Part shown: one piece after another, positions 21,870 to 33,335 of the stretch | How the letters are laid out: every line of letters starts with the position of its first letter | How positions within the stretch are numbered: the stretch's first letter is position 1 | From: Psammoneis japonica | Taxonomy: Eukaryota | DNA length: 46,885 nucleotides | Assembly (NCBI GenBank): GCA_008632985.1 | Contig: QPGO01000352.1 | Coordinates: 1-46,885 of the forward strand | Direction of reading: 5' to 3' | The notes under the pieces: model-generated | The model's database searches: none | Told to the model about the DNA's origin: nothing | The model's input: only the letters and a program-made list of their open reading frames with translations | Position numbers and translations under genes: made by a program

Positions 21870-24800
21870 TCAGGTGCGATGCGGTGCGACGCGACGCATG
21901 TTCAATCGTTCTGTCACATGAGGTGCACGTTGGACCGTAAGCGTGCCGTTAGCGTGCACTTGAACGACAGGATGTGGACCGTGAGCTCGTGGCTCGAGCT
22001 TGGTTGGGTCGACAGCCTTGAGCAGAACTTGTCCGCCAACTTGAAAATCGCAGGATCGGCGTTTGGCGTTGGCTCGATGGAGATTCGCATTGACAATCGC
22101 TTGTCGGTGTTCTTGAATGGTGGCAAGATCGGCTGGGACCGGCAAGTCAAGAATCATGTCACGTTGAAAAACCATGGCACCGGGTGAAATCTTGAGAGCA
22201 CGAGAAACCGCACATCGCATTGCATGCATGGCGGTTGCCAATGCATTGTCCACCAGTTGACCAGCCTGCTCAACATTCTGTGGAGGACAAACATGAAGCA
22301 AAGTGTGCAAGACATTTCCAACAGTTTGATGCATGCGCTTGCATGCCGCATTGGCTTGTGGATTTCGCGACGCAGTCGGAGCGTCTTCCACTCCTGCTCA
22401 TTGCAACAACAATTGAAAGTCCTCTCCAATGAATTCTCCGCCATTGTCATGGATGCACCGGTTGGGACGAGGACAACGAGACAACCAACAATTTTCAAAT
22501 TGTTGAGCAATGTGAGACAAGGTTTTGTTGTCGATGCGAATGAGTTCAGTCACATTCGAAACGGTGTCAACACAAGTCAAAGCATTGAATTCGATTTCAT
22601 GGTTTTGAATTTCAATTTTCCAGGGACCGATGAGGTCAACCGCAACTTCCGTCCATGGCAACAAAGGCGCTTCCCGTTCAGGTGGGTCCCCACATCCAGG
22701 GCCTAAAGTTTTCAAATGTTGACAATCAGCACAATGAAATCTTTCACAGGATTGACGAAGGGCAGGATTGCAGAAATGTGCGCCAACAGTGGAATGCATT
22801 TGGTGCACTCCTGCATGTCCCAAAATCCCATGATGCCATCGTATGATGTCATGCAGCAACGCCGTTGGAACACAAATTTTCCACGCAGTCGGAGGATCAT
22901 TCGGTCGAGCACGATGACAAATTGCAGGACGCTGATTCACACATTCCACAACGAAGCGTTCTGGATGTTGTTGTTGCACATTGTTCAGCTCCACGTCGAC
23001 GAATTGGTGCTCTTGAATTCGTTGCACAGTTGCAGGGTTTTGCATTTCCTCGAGAGAAGGATGGTTCAAAAATGATTCGCACAATTCGGGGTCGTCCACG
23101 ACAGAAGAGTAAAATGGAGATGGTTCTTCACGACGACAGGAAAAATGAGACACACGGTTTTGGTCGTCCAGTTCTTCTTCATGCGGTGGCATGGCAGGGT
23201 CGATCGCCTTAAAATCAATCAGCTTGCCCTTGTCAGGAGCACACTTCCCTTCCGCAGGAGGGTCCATGCACGGCAATCTTGAAAAACAATCTGCCAAGAG
23301 ATTGTCTTTGCCATCAACGCATTCGAAAGTTGGGGCAAAATCTTCCAAGAAGAGTCGCCACCTAAGAACTCGTTGAGAATTGAGCGCACGAAAGGTGAGA
23401 TTTTTATGATCCGTAAAAACAGCACAGTCAGCTCCAAATGACATGCTTCGAAATTCTTTGAAACACATTGCCACCGCCAACAATTCTTTTTCAATCGTAG
23501 AGCAGTTCTGTTGTGCTGCGCTGAGTTTCCGGGACCAGCAAGCCACTGGTTTCCCGTCTTGCATGATTGCGGCTCCCATCTGATAGTCCGAAGAGTCAGT
23601 GTAAACATGGAATGGCTTGTTGTGATTCGGGTAGACCCAAAGGGTGTCATCCAGCATCAAGGTTTTCACATCTTCAAAGGCTCGTTGACATTCAGGGGTC
23701 CATTCCAACTTGCTCTTGCCTGTCAACTTCGTGAGTGGAGCGAGCACGTGTGAGCGACGAGGCCACATGTTGCGACAATGAGTTGCTGCACCGACAAACG
23801 ATCGCAGTTGCGTCATGGTTTTAGGTGGTTGCATTCGTAGCACCGCTTCCACTTTCTTCTTCCACGGTCGGGACTCCTGCAGGCGTGAGCCAATGGCCTA
23901 AAAAATCCGTCTCTTGGACACACCATTCGCACTTGAGTGGGTTAATTTTCAGATTGTTCTCTTCTAGTCTGGATGACAGCTCATCGAGTCGACGCATGTG
24001 AGTGTCAAACGAATCATCAAATTGAGCAATGTCATCGATGTAAGTTTCAACATCGATTCCTTTCACCACTTTTTCAATGATGGCTTGAGCAATGTCGGGA
24101 GAGGTTTTCAAACCCACACAAATCCTTGGATTCTTCGTCAAGTTCGATGTGATGATAAAACACAGTGAGGTCCAACTTGGTCAAGTGCTTGCATCCCGAG
24201 CGTCGGTGAACAACGTCTTGAATGATCGGTGGAGGACAGACCTTTCGCTTGAGCACCTTGTTCAACTCTCGAAAATCGGATGCCCATCGAACTCGTCCAT
24301 CCTTTTTGGGAGTTGCAAAAGTTCCGGCTGCCCATTCAGTTGGTCCCACTGGTTCCAGCACGCCAATGTCACACAGATGTCGCAGTTCTTTCTTGAAAAC
24401 GGCTTCATCCCTCTTGGACACTTCATGAGCCTTAGAATGGAAGGGAACAGCGTTGGGATCAACTTCCAAGTGAACAGTCTCATGCGGACATTTGCCAAGC
24501 ATTCCATCAAAGAGGGTTTCATGCTTTTCAAGCACAGCCTGCAGCTCATCACGTTGTTCTTGAGTTGAGTGAGTTTGAGCTTGCGCCACTTTCGCGGATG
24601 ACACTTTCTTGCATTTGGCGTCCATCACAAAAGATTGTCCGAAGGCTTCCTCATCATCTTCGTCCTCTCCGTCGTCTTCCAGTGCATCCAACCAATTCTG
24701 AACTGAGTTCCAATGATTGGATTGCTTCATTGGGATCGACGTTTCCAACCACTTTGTTGTTCCAAATCGAAAATCAAGCACGATTCCGGCTTTTGACAAA

Positions 24801-25306
24801 AAGTCTTGTCCCAAAATTAAATCACACTTGCATGGGGCATCAAAAACTTGAGCCGCAATGCTGTCGACTTGTTTTGACTTGTCAAATTCTGGCAACATCA
24901 AGTCCTTCACAATGACGCATCAGGAGGATTCACATTGTCCGGCCACCGTCTGAAAGCTCAACCGTCCTTCATCGTTCATGGTCGGATTCGCTCCCTTCGG
25001 CAAAACTCAAGAATGAACAAGAGTGTCAGCACCTCCTGAATCCAATGGCACTCGTAACACTCGCTTGCTCTCTTGATTTTGAATGGCACGCGCCGCCATC
25101 AACGTCGTTGGCACCACATTCAGTGGTTCAGGAGTCGCAGTTTTAGGGGTTGGCACAGCGCACTCCAAAACGCCGCCCAATTTTTCTTCATTCACAGCAC
25201 AAGATTCCATCAGGTCTCCCACATTGTCATCAACATTAAAACATGTGTTTTCTTCACAATCACACGAAACATGAAAAGATTGAGCGACACGCTCTGACTC
25301 GGGCAC
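21870..25306 (-). pseudogene. pol: Gypsy pol (protease, RT, RNase H, integrase), frameshifted, with a short RT deletion
   Basis: PLDSGGAD (PR); RWASDFRELNK, TKLDL, YIDDI (RT); YTDSSDYQMGA, TDHKNL (RH); H..GH..C..C, DLIGPW, HDNG, PQANA (IN). The segment between EESKDLC and GLK is missing. Confidence 0.95.
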
Positions 25307-25318
25307 TTCCGTCCCTTG

Positions 25319-26707
25319 TCAATTACGCCAACTTCGTTGGCCTTGATGGGTGCGACCGTTCTGATCGCACCCATTTCCACCTCGCATCTCACGAGGCCCT
25401 CCTTGATCAAAATGGTGCGACTCCATTTGCCAGCCACCAGGAGGCGCTGCTCCAGCCGGATTTCCATAGCCTTGGGTGTCACCATTGGCTTGGGTGCCGT
25501 TTTGATTTTGACAACAGGATCCATTCCCTTGAGAATTCTGGGAGTTGTCACAATTGCCGTAACCTCGGCCCCCATGTCCTCCTTGATTGCCACAATTGCC
25601 ACGTCCTCGACCTTGGAAGTCACCATGACCGCCTCGACCTTGGGGTCCTCTGCCTTGGCAGTTTCCTCGACCTCCACCACGGCCTCCGCCACGACCGCCA
25701 CGATTGGACCTCGGCCGATGGTTTCGGCTTTCTGGATTCAAAATGCAATCCTTCCACTTGTGGTCGTGATTCGCATGCACCGGGCATCTAGATTCTGGAT
25801 CCGTTCTGCCACCATTGCCACGAGAGCGTCTTGAAGCTTGAGACGAAGCACCATTGCCTTTCCTCTTCTTGTCCTGCTTCTTGTTGCTGCTCTTGTCAGC
25901 AAAAGATTTCTCGTTGTTCATGTGACTGATGATCTCAGCGAGAGTGTCGTTCGCTGTCGCTCATCCTGCTCGAGCATGCATCTCACGCCACGGACGAGGA
26001 AAGCTGTCAAATGTCATCTTTTTCTTCTGAGCTTTGTTGACTTGAGGAGCATTTCCCGGAAGTTTGTTGGAGTGCCGAATCAAGGTTTCCATGCGATCTG
26101 CATGCATCTGCACTTCAGATTTGAATGGTTTTTTCAAAGTCAGCAAATGTTCAATCATCGCATCACGTGCTTCATCATCACAATGAGACAAGTAAAAACG
26201 ATTGATTTCCTGATCAAAACGCTCGACAGTTTTGTCGGCATCGTCAATTGCATTGGTCAAGTTCGCCCACTTGTCCTCTGCAGCATCCGCGAGCACTTCC
26301 TCGAAATTTTCGAACAACTCCTCGCCAGTGGCATGCTCCAATTTCACAGCAATTTTATGAAAACGATCCTCAACGAATGACAATGCTTCAATGCCATGAG
26401 TGCCATCAAAACGCGGACACTTTTTTGTACGAGCACTACCGTCATCATACGATTGGGTCAATTTCACTTCCTCCAAGTCAGAATGCTCAAATTTAGCTTC
26501 ACAGCTGATGCAAGGCTCCTTCAACGATCCACTCATCATGAAAAAGGGAATGCAATTGTTCAACAGTCCTCTCCAGGGACTCTGCCTTTGACTCCAAATG
26601 ATGCACTCGGCTCGCCAAATTCTGTTCGTGTCATTTACGCTGTTGCACTTGTTTCTGGTGCTCAACAGCCCAAACTGCTGCTCTTGCGCGTAGTTCTCTT
26701 TTCTCAC
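25319..26707 (-). pseudogene. gag: Gypsy gag relic
   Basis: Upstream of the protease; CPRFDG..E motif, a CPVHANHDHKWKDC zinc-knuckle variant and an RGG-rich tail. Confidence 0.8.
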
Positions 26708-26773
26708 GTTTGGTCAATTTGTTCGCATTGTTCCTGGTCTCCATCCAGTTCTTTGAATCGACTGCAATTACAG

Positions 26774-26935
26774 TGCAAGGTCCAACGAGATAAAGACTTC
26801 AGTGATGACAAAATTGTGAGCAAAAGACCGAGGTGACGAGGGTCGCTTTCAGCGAAGCCCGTTACAACGGCTTCCGTCATGTCTAACAGGTTCATCAATG
26901 CCATGTGTCAGAAAAATGGGGTGCGAGACACTGCA
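26774..26935 (-). repeat. 5' LTR (162 bp)
   Basis: Matches 21596-21757; followed by TSD TCCCA. Confidence 0.95.
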
Positions 26936-27059
26936 TCCCAGCCTTGGGAGGACTGCGCGTTTGGAAAATGACCTCCGTTGAGAGCAACAGCAAGGAGCAA
27001 GAGACCGCTCGCAAGGGTTCGCCCGTGGCCATTGTGATTGTCAATGAAGACTTGCCAAC

Positions 27060-28465
27060 AGTCAATGCTGTCGTCCATTCGATTCGTCTCACGGCGTCGA
27101 CTCGACCCTGACGCGTGCATCGGTCAACGCGCTCAAGGCCAACTTCAAAGACAAGCTCGAGAATGTTGATTGGGGACTTGTTGTTCAGGTGAAAAAGGCA
27201 CTCAAACATTGTTGCAACAGCCAGTGGAGGACATGCGGACCTTGGCACCGTCACATCAACAAACTTACGAATTTTGAATCTTTTTCATTCATCTGTGGAC
27301 GGAGAGTGTTCTAGCCAGCTACTTCAGAATCTCAATTGTTCTGTTGCTCCGCCAGTTCGGCAGAACACTTGCAACTCCCCAACAACAAGTGAAACGACAA
27401 ATCCACAAAAAACAGCAGGCGATGTCAGCGCCGAAATGGTCTGCCGGCAGCACACATCATCTTATGGAGCATGCCGCAACGAACACCCCATTGCGGACCC
27501 CAGCTGAAAAAAGAGAGCAGCGTGGTGACAAATGGACACAACAACATCAAAGCACGCACAACATCATCAACGCGCAAGCGCTACGACCGTCATCGCAGTC
27601 CATTGACGTACGTGCGGAACAGCTTGCACGCAAACAAGGATTGCTGTGTCGCACTTTTGGTCTTTCTGCTTCTGTTGTAAAGGTTCAAAGCGTGTTTCAA
27701 AAAATGTGAAACACACCAACATCAAAAGCAGCTGTTGAAATCGGTTGCGCAGGGTGACGTTGCCTCAAGAGCGCCATCAAAAGATGGCGCTCAAGCTTTT
27801 GCATGTCTTCAGAGTGAAACATCACTAAAAAAAAAGCAAAAGGGGGGGCGCACTGCGGAGACAACAAGAGAACTTGCGAGTCGACCGCGTTCTAAATCAA
27901 CACTCCCTGCGAGTGAAGACTCACCGCATCATGTCACTGATGCGACGGAACCCCAAACCCGCGTTCCGTCAACGGCATGATCTGCTTGGCGAGCTTTTGC
28001 TGCTTCACAGACGAACGCTGCCATCTGTTTCAACAGCCGTGACCTGACGGGTCAAGCGAACAGGCAACTTCCTGCGCTCAAAGACACGAGAGTGACATGG
28101 ACTCAAGGCCGGAGAGACGCACTCGATTTGCCCCGACCTCTGGACTTGACTGGCAACACCTGCGCCACCCAGAGACAACACGCCATCAAGCAAAATGAGT
28201 TGTGGAATGCCAAACAAGAGCGAGCTCTCAATCCAGAGGAAGGGCGAGCCATCCTCGGAGATCACGGCTTCCGGCTTGGCGAACAACAAACACATCGTGT
28301 GAGACGACAGTTGTGATCGAAACGAGAAAGAATTTCCGAGAGATTTTGTTTGTGTCGTGACCGTTGCTAAATTTCTCACTCACTATCATTTTTGTGTATC
28401 TTTGTAGAATTACTACCATGATTTCGTATGTGAAAGATTCGTTGGAACTCGGTACTTTCCAAATT
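27060..28465. repeat. Non-coding repeat backbone sharing three ordered modules with 39400-42059
   Basis: About 27070-27180 matches 39405-39500 and 39695-39810; 27590-27812 matches 41035-41260; 28090-28465 matches 41655-42059. Confidence 0.85.
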
Positions 28466-28663
28466 ATTACTAATTCCTACGTGCACTTTACGGCAACCGT
28501 AGAAAACGCAAAAAAATGTGGCCACGGTGACGTCTTCGTTGTCGCGAGGTCCGAGCTCAAGAATTAGGGCTACTCTCCAACTCAGCATGCACATTCAAAA
28601 TCACATCATGGAATCATTTCAACCATCAAGATCAAGCAGCGTCTTTGATCGCAACGATTGCAC

Positions 28664-29548
28664 ATGAAAGTCATCCGGTGGTGCTGCGTAGTCGTTGGGG
28701 GCCTCCTCTTCCTTGAGAGCAACAGAGCAACGGCTTGGTGTGCAGCTCATTTGTTCAAAAAAGCACGCGGCTTTCTCGGATCGCTTGCTGTTGCCGCAAT
28801 TCTNNNNNNNNNNNNNNNNNNNNNNNNNNNNNNNNNNNNNNNNNNNNNNNNNNNNNNNNNNNNNNNNNNNNNNNNNNNNNNNNNNNNNNNNNNNNNNNNN
28901 NNNNNNNNNNNNNNNNNNNNNNNNNNNNNNNNNNNNNNNNNNNNNNNNNNNNNNNNNNNNNNNNNNNNNNNNNNNNNNNNNNNNNNNNNNNNNNNNNNNN
29001 NNNNNNNNNNNNNNNNNNNNNNNNNNNNNNNNNNNNNNNNNNNNNNNNNNNNNNNNNNNNNNNNNNNNNNNNNNNNNNNNNNNNNNNNGGGACAGTATGA
29101 ATATTCTTTAGCTAAGGATAGCAAGTCTGACAGTGGTAGAATAATGATTCTGGTGGAACCGTACCTGCCGAACGCTGTAGCAAGCATCTCGCAAGTTAGC
29201 ACTCGCGAGGCGCAGCGCTCTGCAGTCCAACAAATTGCTCGAACCCTGGTACAACTGCTTGCCGCCAATACAATTACTATTGATGTCCAGCCTCTCATTG
29301 ACAAGGAGTCTGGGCGTGTCATTTTTGTAGACATGACAGAGGCTCAGTTGCTTACTCCTCCCTTTACATTTCTTGACAGAACGTTAATTTCTTCTTTTGC
29401 AACTGAAATGGCTAATTTAATCCCAGACGAGTACCAAAAGATTGCAATCGAGTCTGTTCGAGACGAGCTAAGAGAATTGCAGTTTACGCGTGGTGAAAAA
29501 CTAGCGGCAGAGGTAATGGGCATACTCGAGGACCAAGAACTTCTTTAG
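28664..29548 (+). CDS. Kinase-like-fold protein with N-terminal signal peptide (spans assembly gap)
   Basis: Hydrophobic N-terminus ending ATAW (possible bipartite plastid signal). The C-terminal part LVEPYL..IDVQPLIDKESGRVIFVDMTEA resembles kinase hinge, catalytic-loop and DFG regions. Normal TA content after the gap. Continuity across the Ns is assumed. Confidence 0.55.
   Translation: MKVIRWCCVVVGGLLFLESNRATAWCAAHLFKKARGFLGSLAVAAIXXXXXXXXXXXXXXXXXXXXXXXXXXXXXXXXXXXXXXXXXXXXXXXXXXXXXXXXXXXXXXXXXXXXXXXXXXXXXXXXXXXXXXXXXXXXXXXXGQYEYSLAKDSKSDSGRIMILVEPYLPNAVASISQVSTREAQRSAVQQIARTLVQLLAANTITIDVQPLIDKESGRVIFVDMTEAQLLTPPFTFLDRTLISSFATEMANLIPDEYQKIAIESVRDELRELQFTRGEKLAAEVMGILEDQELL
28804..29088. 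other. Assembly gap
   Basis: Run of N. Confidence 1.
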
Positions 29549-30245
29549 AGAATGATTTGTCGTGATAATTTTGAGGGTGGCTTTAGTAACACAAAAATAC
29601 TACCGGTACATTGCGCATACCACAGTTTTTCACATATTTTCTAAGAGACTACCGTATTGACTCTTGTTGATCAATGGCTTGGATCCAAGAAAAGGAGAAA
29701 CGCAGAACAAGTGAGTGAGAGTCGCACGTACTGCACGTGATGTCGCCACATTTATTTACTAGTCAAGTCACCAAAATGTACGAAACCAGTTCAGATAATC
29801 GGCGAATGCTCATTGTTGCAAGGAATATGTGAATAGGAGGTATCAAAGCGTAGAGTAATCGATGATTGATACCGCTGCGTCTTGCGGTCACCAAAGCAGG
29901 ATCCGGCACTATCTACTTCTCACCTTTTAGCGCCCAGCACGTTAATCGGCATCAACCAAGCAACTGTGATAGCTATACAAGTGCGAGATAGCAAAAACGA
30001 GTAGGTGAGAAACTTTGACCGTTTGTGCTTTTCATTTTGTGGCTTGCAGTGTCCCCTGCATCTATACCGCTCGTGCCGATGATGGCACACAAGCAGCTCA
30101 AACTGAAGGGGCGCTTTTGATGTTGCAAGGATCGATTGTAATTTGGAGGTACCGTAAAACGTGGGAGTAGTATCGTTTGGGCATCGCTGCGTTTTTGCGC
30201 ATCATTCCAATGTTGTAATCATCGAAAGAACTCACCATGACGAAG

Positions 30246-32911
30246 TCAACTTCCGTAAACTTTTCTTTCCATGGCGTCGGGAAAGCTCGCCACGACGCTT
30301 AGCCACGGTTGTTCCACAACGAGCAACTCATTTGCTTCGAGAAAGTTCATGTGAAGAACGCTATTGTAACGTAAGCAAATGGTCAAGTTGTTCGTCTCTT
30401 GGTCAGAAACTGTTTCGTTCTGGGAATCGTCACTTCGTTCGTCTGGTTTACGACGTTTGACCCCTCGCACGTGCCTTTCAGGGAAAATGCGACAGTGCTT
30501 TGGGATCGCCTTGTCCAAGTCAACAGAACAAAGTGCGCCAAACGATCCCTGCAAAATAAAGGACACAAAAAGCGAAACTGTGTAAGTGATATCCGCTTCA
30601 CGAGATAAAGGACCGTTCTGGATTGTAGCCCCCTACTATACCACGGGTGCATTCTTTCGTGTTGCACAAATGGGCGAAAAAATAAGGGCAGTCAATCTTG
30701 CAAGGGTGACGAGCCTGCACGCCACGAAAAAGACTTCCTTTACCGGCATGACGCAATAACGTTCTTGCTTTGTCATGGCAAGGTGAATCAATAACGTACC
30801 ATTAAAAATTTGTTGGGAGTTGCCTTGTTGAAGGCAAATCGAACCGGGTAATCATTACGACTCGCTAGTTCCTGAGGCAACACCGGCGTAATTGGAAAGC
30901 CAGCTTTCTCGCTCCATTTTGAAAGCGACTTTTTCTTCAAATCAAAGATATAAAATCCGTAGTTGATACACGAAACGATCAACTGTGCCTTCTCTCCCAG
31001 CAAAAAGTCTGCGGTTGTAAATGGGACATCGAGTTTCGGCAGAGTCCAAAAATGCTGATAGAAGCCATCGTTACTTTTCGAAAAGACTTGAATCTCTCCT
31101 TGTTGATTCAAACCATTTTGGCATGCAACAAGCCATTGTCCATCATGCGAGGCACTGAGTTTATGGATTGAGAACAAGCCCATTCTCTGATCTACCACGT
31201 CGTCGGTAGAGACAATATGGTGGTTCTCAACCACGACCTTGTCGCTGTCGTCTTTTCCGAGTTCCACAATAACAATCTTACCATGGATTGTAGCGCAAGC
31301 TAATCGACTCGGTCCACAGAAAGTGACAGAAACACAAGGGAATCTCATGGACGAAGGCAGCGGCACTGGAATTGAATTCACTTCTTTGTCATGTAGGTTG
31401 ATGTCCAACTGAAATATGAGTAGTCCATCCAGCGCATCCGAGACAGCCAAAAAAGTCGCGCCCGAATCCATGGCAGCACAAATGAGATTTGTTGAACTCT
31501 TGATGTTTAACGTGGACAAGACTTCCCCTGCATCTTGATCAGCTACCAGGGATGAAGAAGAATCGTGCACAGGCTGTGACAATTTGAAAAAGTCAATGGA
31601 AGCAGGTCTTATCAAGGCCAAGATTCGGCCGTGCGGCGCCACCGTAATGGGCGACACGCTTGGCCACGGATATATGATTTTCGGGCGATCCTTGGCAAAC
31701 TCTTTTCGCTTGGTGTTGTAGACACACAACTTGGTATCGATACCACCGCTGCACAAGTACTCCTGAGAATTGCCACCGCCATCATGAGCTACAGCCATAG
31801 CCTTGACATCATGTGTATGCGGTCGTTGCGCATGAGTCAAGATCCAATTATTCTTGTGTAGTTGTTTCTCGATACACACCACTCTTGAATCCACCCCACT
31901 CGCAAACACACGCGACTCGTCTCGAGTGGTCGCCAAGCACAATACGTCTGCATGAGAATCATTCTGATTACAACTCGAAATGAGCGTTCCTGTCTTGCCA
32001 TTCCAAAACTGAACATGGCCCAAGGAATCACCCGACACGACGGTATCGCCACCGTGCAAGGCCAAAAGACTCCACGTTAGGGTTGGAGTGGATCTTCCCA
32101 AGCATTCCACCGTCATGCGTAACGTAGACGACCATTTCATACTGCCGTCAGCCAAAGATGAAGAATCATAACGCCGAATGGTTCCATCGGCTACTGCCGC
32201 ATACAAGACAGTACTGTTGTCGTTCCTGCCAGCGATGCGTCTCCATGCAACCGACAATACTGCAGCTCCAGCGGTAGGAATAGTCGACTGCAATTCCAGC
32301 TTTTTCTCGTCTGACACAGAAAAGATACGAACTGCTCCATCTTCACATCCTGCAGCAACATGATTAAAGCATGACTTATACTCGTCGTTGTTTTCGGCGT
32401 GATTGCAGAGACTCGCCAAGCACTGCACACCACCTCCTCCAGAGGAAACAACGCTACGCGCCACACCCTGCTCCCAATCCAACACAGACAAGGTACCATC
32501 CGAGGAAGCACCAACAAGAGTGTTGCTGTTGTTATTGTTCGAACAACGAGTCCAGACCATGGCGTTGATTGGACGATTCGACTGACCGTGAATGGTTGAC
32601 AGCGTGCGCCATTTCTGAGACGGACTTTTTAATTCCACGTGCCCGTTGCTCCGACTCAATGCGACCACGTCTTCTTCCAACAACACGTTATCGCTACTAC
32701 TCCTTGTTGAAACACGTGTAGATGCCATTGCTACAATCGGGGTAGGCTTGTACTCCAAACAGCGAACACGATGAACCGCAACATTTACTTCGTGATCTTG
32801 GATCTGTGGCTCGGGATCATCATGACGAGGTTTCTCAGACTTGTTGCTGGATCTCTTTGAAGACTTTTTCTTTTTCTTCTTCTTTTCACTAGACGACTCT
32901 GTTAACGGCAT
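30246..32911 (-). CDS. UTP4: U3 snoRNP WD40 protein Utp4/cirhin; exons 32911-30800 and 30548-30246
   Basis: VHRVRCLEYKPTPIVAMA N-terminal motif, WD40 repeats, HTHDVKAM, and C-terminal ELLVVEQPW..ERKVYGS. GT-AG intron 30799-30549 in phase 0. Confidence 0.9.
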
Positions 32912-33260
32912 GTTGCTTATATAGAGGGAGAAATGGGAGATGGTTGATGGTTAGTATGGTACTGTAGTTGCAAAAGAAGCGATGTTGTAGCGTGATTTTG
33001 ATGATCTGATCGATTTTCCAGACTTTTGTGTGGATAGCACGCGACACGCGTACAAGTACGTACAGTATGCATACACGCATACGCATACATACATCACTGC
33101 GTGAAACTTCTACGTGGGGGTGACCATTTAGCTGGAATAATTCGACTAAAATTTCTTTTTGCGCGTTCGTCCGCCATCCGAATTCTTCGTGCTTTTTGTG
33201 TGGAGAAAAAATGCCTCCGACCATGGTGAGTACACCGTTGCGACGTCGTCAGTGTTGATA

Positions 33261-33335
33261 TGGGAGGCTGCATCGGTGCTTGAATATCTCTATTATCCCT
33301 ATTAGAATGTATCTATAGTGCGATGCAGCTTCCCA
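33261..33335. repeat. 75-bp unit with 15-bp inverted repeats
   Basis: TGGGAGGCTGCATCG / CGATGCAGCTTCCCA (14/15). Confidence 0.7.

Larger units (their letters stand above)
21596..26935 (-). mobile_element. Full-length, degenerate Ty3/Gypsy LTR retrotransposon
   Basis: Two 162-bp LTRs (TG...CA), TSD TCCCA at 21591-21595 and 26936-26940, a PPT, and gag-PR-RT-RH-IN order. Confidence 0.97.

Noticed and set aside
21870..26707. Alternative genetic code or RNA editing restoring Tyr
   Set aside because: Adjacent host genes use TAT/TAC normally. The same changes affect non-coding LTRs and MITEs, and the frames are also broken by frameshifts.
21596..26935. ADAR-type editing of retroelement RNA or RT error
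   Set aside because: That would be strand-biased and shared by both LTRs. Here the LTRs differ reciprocally and DNA elements are affected equally.
28695..29334. Alternative ORFs spanning the N run
   Set aside because: Artefacts of translating Ns.
30600..30790. RNase MRP/P RNA, SECIS or TPP riboswitch call
   Set aside because: Only partial motif resemblance; key conserved elements are absent. Kept only as a generic ncRNA candidate.
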